From Pecten maximus (lineage: Eukaryota), in the NCBI RefSeq assembly GCF_902652985.1, contig NW_022983091.1, forward strand, positions 1 to 64,000: DNA of 64,000 nt, in the 5' to 3' direction. The notes below the pieces were generated by a model that was not told the origin of the DNA, made no database searches, and saw only the letters and a program-made list of their open reading frames with translations. A program made the translations under genes and the position numbers. Numbering within the stretch: the first letter of the stretch is position 1; the number at the start of each line of letters is the position of its first letter. Shown here piece by piece: positions 61,601 to 64,000 of the stretch.

Positions 61601-62097
61601 GTACAGAGATTTTCATTGACCGCCCTGGAAATTTGACAGCGAGAGCATCTACTTGGTCAAATTATAAACACAATAACACTTTGAAGCTTTTAGTTGCTAT
61701 AACCCCATGTGGTGCCATATCGTACTTGTCCAGAGTATTCGGTGGTAGAACTTCAGACAAGATAATCACTCAGCGTTCTGGATTTCTTGATTTGATTTCT
61801 TATAATGATGTTGTTTTAGCAGACCGTGTTTTTTTGATTTCTGAAGAACTTGTTTCAAGAGGTGCAACACTTGTCATCCCCGCCTTTACCCGTGGACTGG
61901 TCCAACTGAGCCAGAAAGACATTGAAAGAACGCGCACCATTGCTAGAGTTAGGATACATGTCGAACGTGCCATTGGACGCTTAAAAACCTTTAAGGTCAT
62001 TAGTGGCCCTATGCCTATGAGTTTAGTTCCACATGTAGACTCTGTCGTAACAATCTGTGCAGCTTTGTGTAACTTGCAACCAAGTTTAGTAACATAA
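58637..62097 (+). pseudogene. THAP + DDE_Tnp_4 transposase, 2 exons, split by a HINE
   Basis: MPTSCCVIGC...RFP...W...VCGRHF; intron 58815-59411; IIDCTE, VLADRVF, RIHVERAIG; one stop near 61585. Confidence 0.92.
60065..61545 (+). mobile_element. HINE/pearl-like element with ~7 internal ~162-bp tandem repeats
   Basis: Inserted between A|A with no TSD (restores DDIIR-TMP); 3' palindrome aggtcatcctgaccc-ttt-gggtcagatgacct; (gacg) microsatellite. Confidence 0.88.
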
Positions 62098-62469
62098 AAA
62101 AATATGTGCATAATTTTCATATTGTATATCCTGTGAGAAAGTGAAAAAGTTTTTCACTTTAATTTATTGACACTTATAATTTATTTACACATGGATAATT
62201 GTTTGAATTCCTACACCCAGTTGTGTGTACTGTTGATGCTTGTATCAGTGAATTTACTGCAATTATCTGATAAGTTGTGTGCAATATAACTGAGGAAAAA
62301 ATACCGAAGAGATTGGACTGTTCAAGTTATTTAATCATATTGCAATTGTAGTGATATCATTCATGTTTCAATTTATAAATGTATAATCACACATTAAAAA
62401 TCACTTGCTTATAATCACTGAATTTGTGTTCTAATTTCAAGGGAATCCAAATGACAAAGACATGGTTAT

Positions 62470-62655
62470 TGTAAACCTGTCAAGTCTGGAGTAAATAAAG
62501 TTCACAACTTAAATGTTCACATGACAAGTTCACACCTGTCGAGGCTGGAGTAGAGTTCACCACAACTTAAATGTTCACACAACAAGTTCACACCTGTCGA
62601 GTCTGGAGTAAATAGTTCACAACTTAACGATCACATAATTAAGTTCACAACTTGC
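62470..62655. repeat. ~59-bp tandem repeat x3
   Basis: acctgtc..gtctggagta...gttcacaacttaa units. Confidence 0.85.
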
Positions 62656-63830
62656 AAGTTGGACAGAACCAAGCCCCTCTTGGTTTCCTCCTAATGTTCA
62701 TGCATCCATAGTGAAACCATTCATTTGGACAATCTGCATTTGAACATTGTACCATCTTGCCGTATGCTGGTTCTTGGCATATACAGTAGAGGTTCTCTTC
62801 CTCCAGTTTGTCTGCTGCGGATGACTCAGAATTATAGAGACGTCTTGTCAGGATCTCTGGTAGTATATGGTCCATGAAAAATGTGTTGCACTTTGTTAGC
62901 ACTTTCTGACAGTAATCGGTGTCATATGGAATGATGTTCACTATCATGTCCTTCTCTGTATATATTATGAAATCACAAAACTGAACCCGGTGAACAGACA
63001 TCTGCAGTTGTACCTGAGTATAATATTTATGTCCACGCTTGAGCTTCAGGTCCTTATCAAGGCAAAAGGTGCCGTCAGATTTCACTGCATGGTCAATTTG
63101 TGATTTCCTGTGTTTGTAAGGGCACTTTATTTCCACAGTTCCTTTGCCACAGCACGCACATTCACGGATACCATCTGATGAGGCTCCAAGATACGGCCTA
63201 TTGGAATCGATCAGGAGACCAGACTTTCTGACAACAAAGTTCGAATGGACAGATGTCATGGCTTTCCTGTACTGCTCCCTAGCTGTGTCCTCATTGTCCA
63301 ATCCCCACGAAACAGATTTTGTCTTCGAAAGATCGTAGGACTGATATCCAACAATTCTCCGTACTAAATTGTCTGGCTTTAGTGCTGTCTCTCCTCACAA
63401 ACACATCATGGGCTTTACTGGCTGTAATCCTGCCCTTCCTATGTTCAAACCACCGGCTACACACATTCTGGTTCCTTGTTGATTGTTCAATAAAGGAAGC
63501 TTGGTCATGTGTTACAATATAACTTGTCCATACCTCTTGGCACTTGCCCTTCAGTTCATCTGTATCACTGGGGATGTTGTCTGTACAGAACAGAGATGTG
63601 ATTGTAGCTGGAGCCTTTTCTGTTTTTTTCGGCTTCTCGACTGTCTCTTGGGGACCAACAGGTGGAATTGTGGTGAAAAATACGGCACCTGGACACACAT
63701 CTTTTAGGGCTTTGATGATGTCATCTGAGGGTAAAGGGTCCCTGCTTGTTGCATGAACAGTTGCTACAGGATGTGTTCCATTTCCATCCTTTAGTATACC
63801 CTGCATTTCGGACACTGTCTTGGGCTCAAT
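62645..63830 (-). pseudogene. YqaJ exonuclease + C-terminal ING-type PHD finger, last exon
   Basis: WFEHRKGRITAS, GASSDG, VEIKCP, YYTQVQLQM; LYCICQ...MVQCSNADC...WFHYGC...WFCPTC; one frameshift near 63375. Confidence 0.9.
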
Positions 63831-64000
63831 CTGCAGGAATAATAGTGAAAAATGAACACATTGCAATATTTTCAATGCACATTTTTAATCAAGTCTCATG
63901 GGTCAACAGAAACTTTATACCAGTAAATAGTGTTACTACAGATTTCACACTACACAGCATTCATATATTGTTCTTGATCATTAACTGTCACTTAATAAAG

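Larger units (their letters stand above)
58506..64000 (+). mobile_element. ISL2EU transposon 2 (continues beyond the window)
   Basis: Starts AT|AGGGCGAATCGCGGTGACGTCAC exactly where similarity to the uninterrupted copy (45602) ends; THAP-DDE with a convergent YqaJ-PHD. Confidence 0.88.

Noticed and set aside
62645-62800. Host ING tumour-suppressor gene
   Set aside because: The PHD is fused to a YqaJ nuclease inside a transposon.

Overview
Eukaryotic, AT-rich, intron-containing animal DNA (repeat repertoire suggests a bivalve mollusc; inference only). The window is almost entirely a nested transposon/endogenous-virus graveyard with no intact host gene. In order: (1) right end of a Polinton/Maverick (adintovirus-like) element (pPolB, convergent spliced PC4-like gene, AGTAGT terminus at 4638); (2) Gypsy and BEL/Pao fragments; (3) a second, decayed Polinton-like virus (penton, core, major capsid, adenain protease, A32 ATPase, PW, PZ-like, C2H2-ZF+pPolB, PC4-like) with no integrase; (4) an ISL2EU/Harbinger-like transposon (THAP-DDE + convergent YqaJ) split by a full-length I/Nimb-type LINE with an HDV-like ribozyme exactly at its 5' end, by MITEs, a Helentron-type HINE and a Mag-type Gypsy; (5) a rearranged zone with a LINE fragment, a foldback and a kinase pseudogene; (6) a non-autonomous Helitron; (7) a KolobokP-type element (DDE transposase + convergent P2RX7-ballast-like KolX) with an apparently intact Crypton tyrosine recombinase in an intron; (8) a second ISL2EU (THAP-DDE + YqaJ-PHD). 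The most unusual signal is a short pseudoknot-forming module (GCCCTGCAGGTAGGGCGTAAGAATTGTACCTGC...). It caps a Meta-type SINE with a decayed tRNA head and also occurs four times as 3'-truncated stubs with a fixed 5' start, each at a rearrangement junction. All family assignments rest on motif recognition by eye; no database searches were run.
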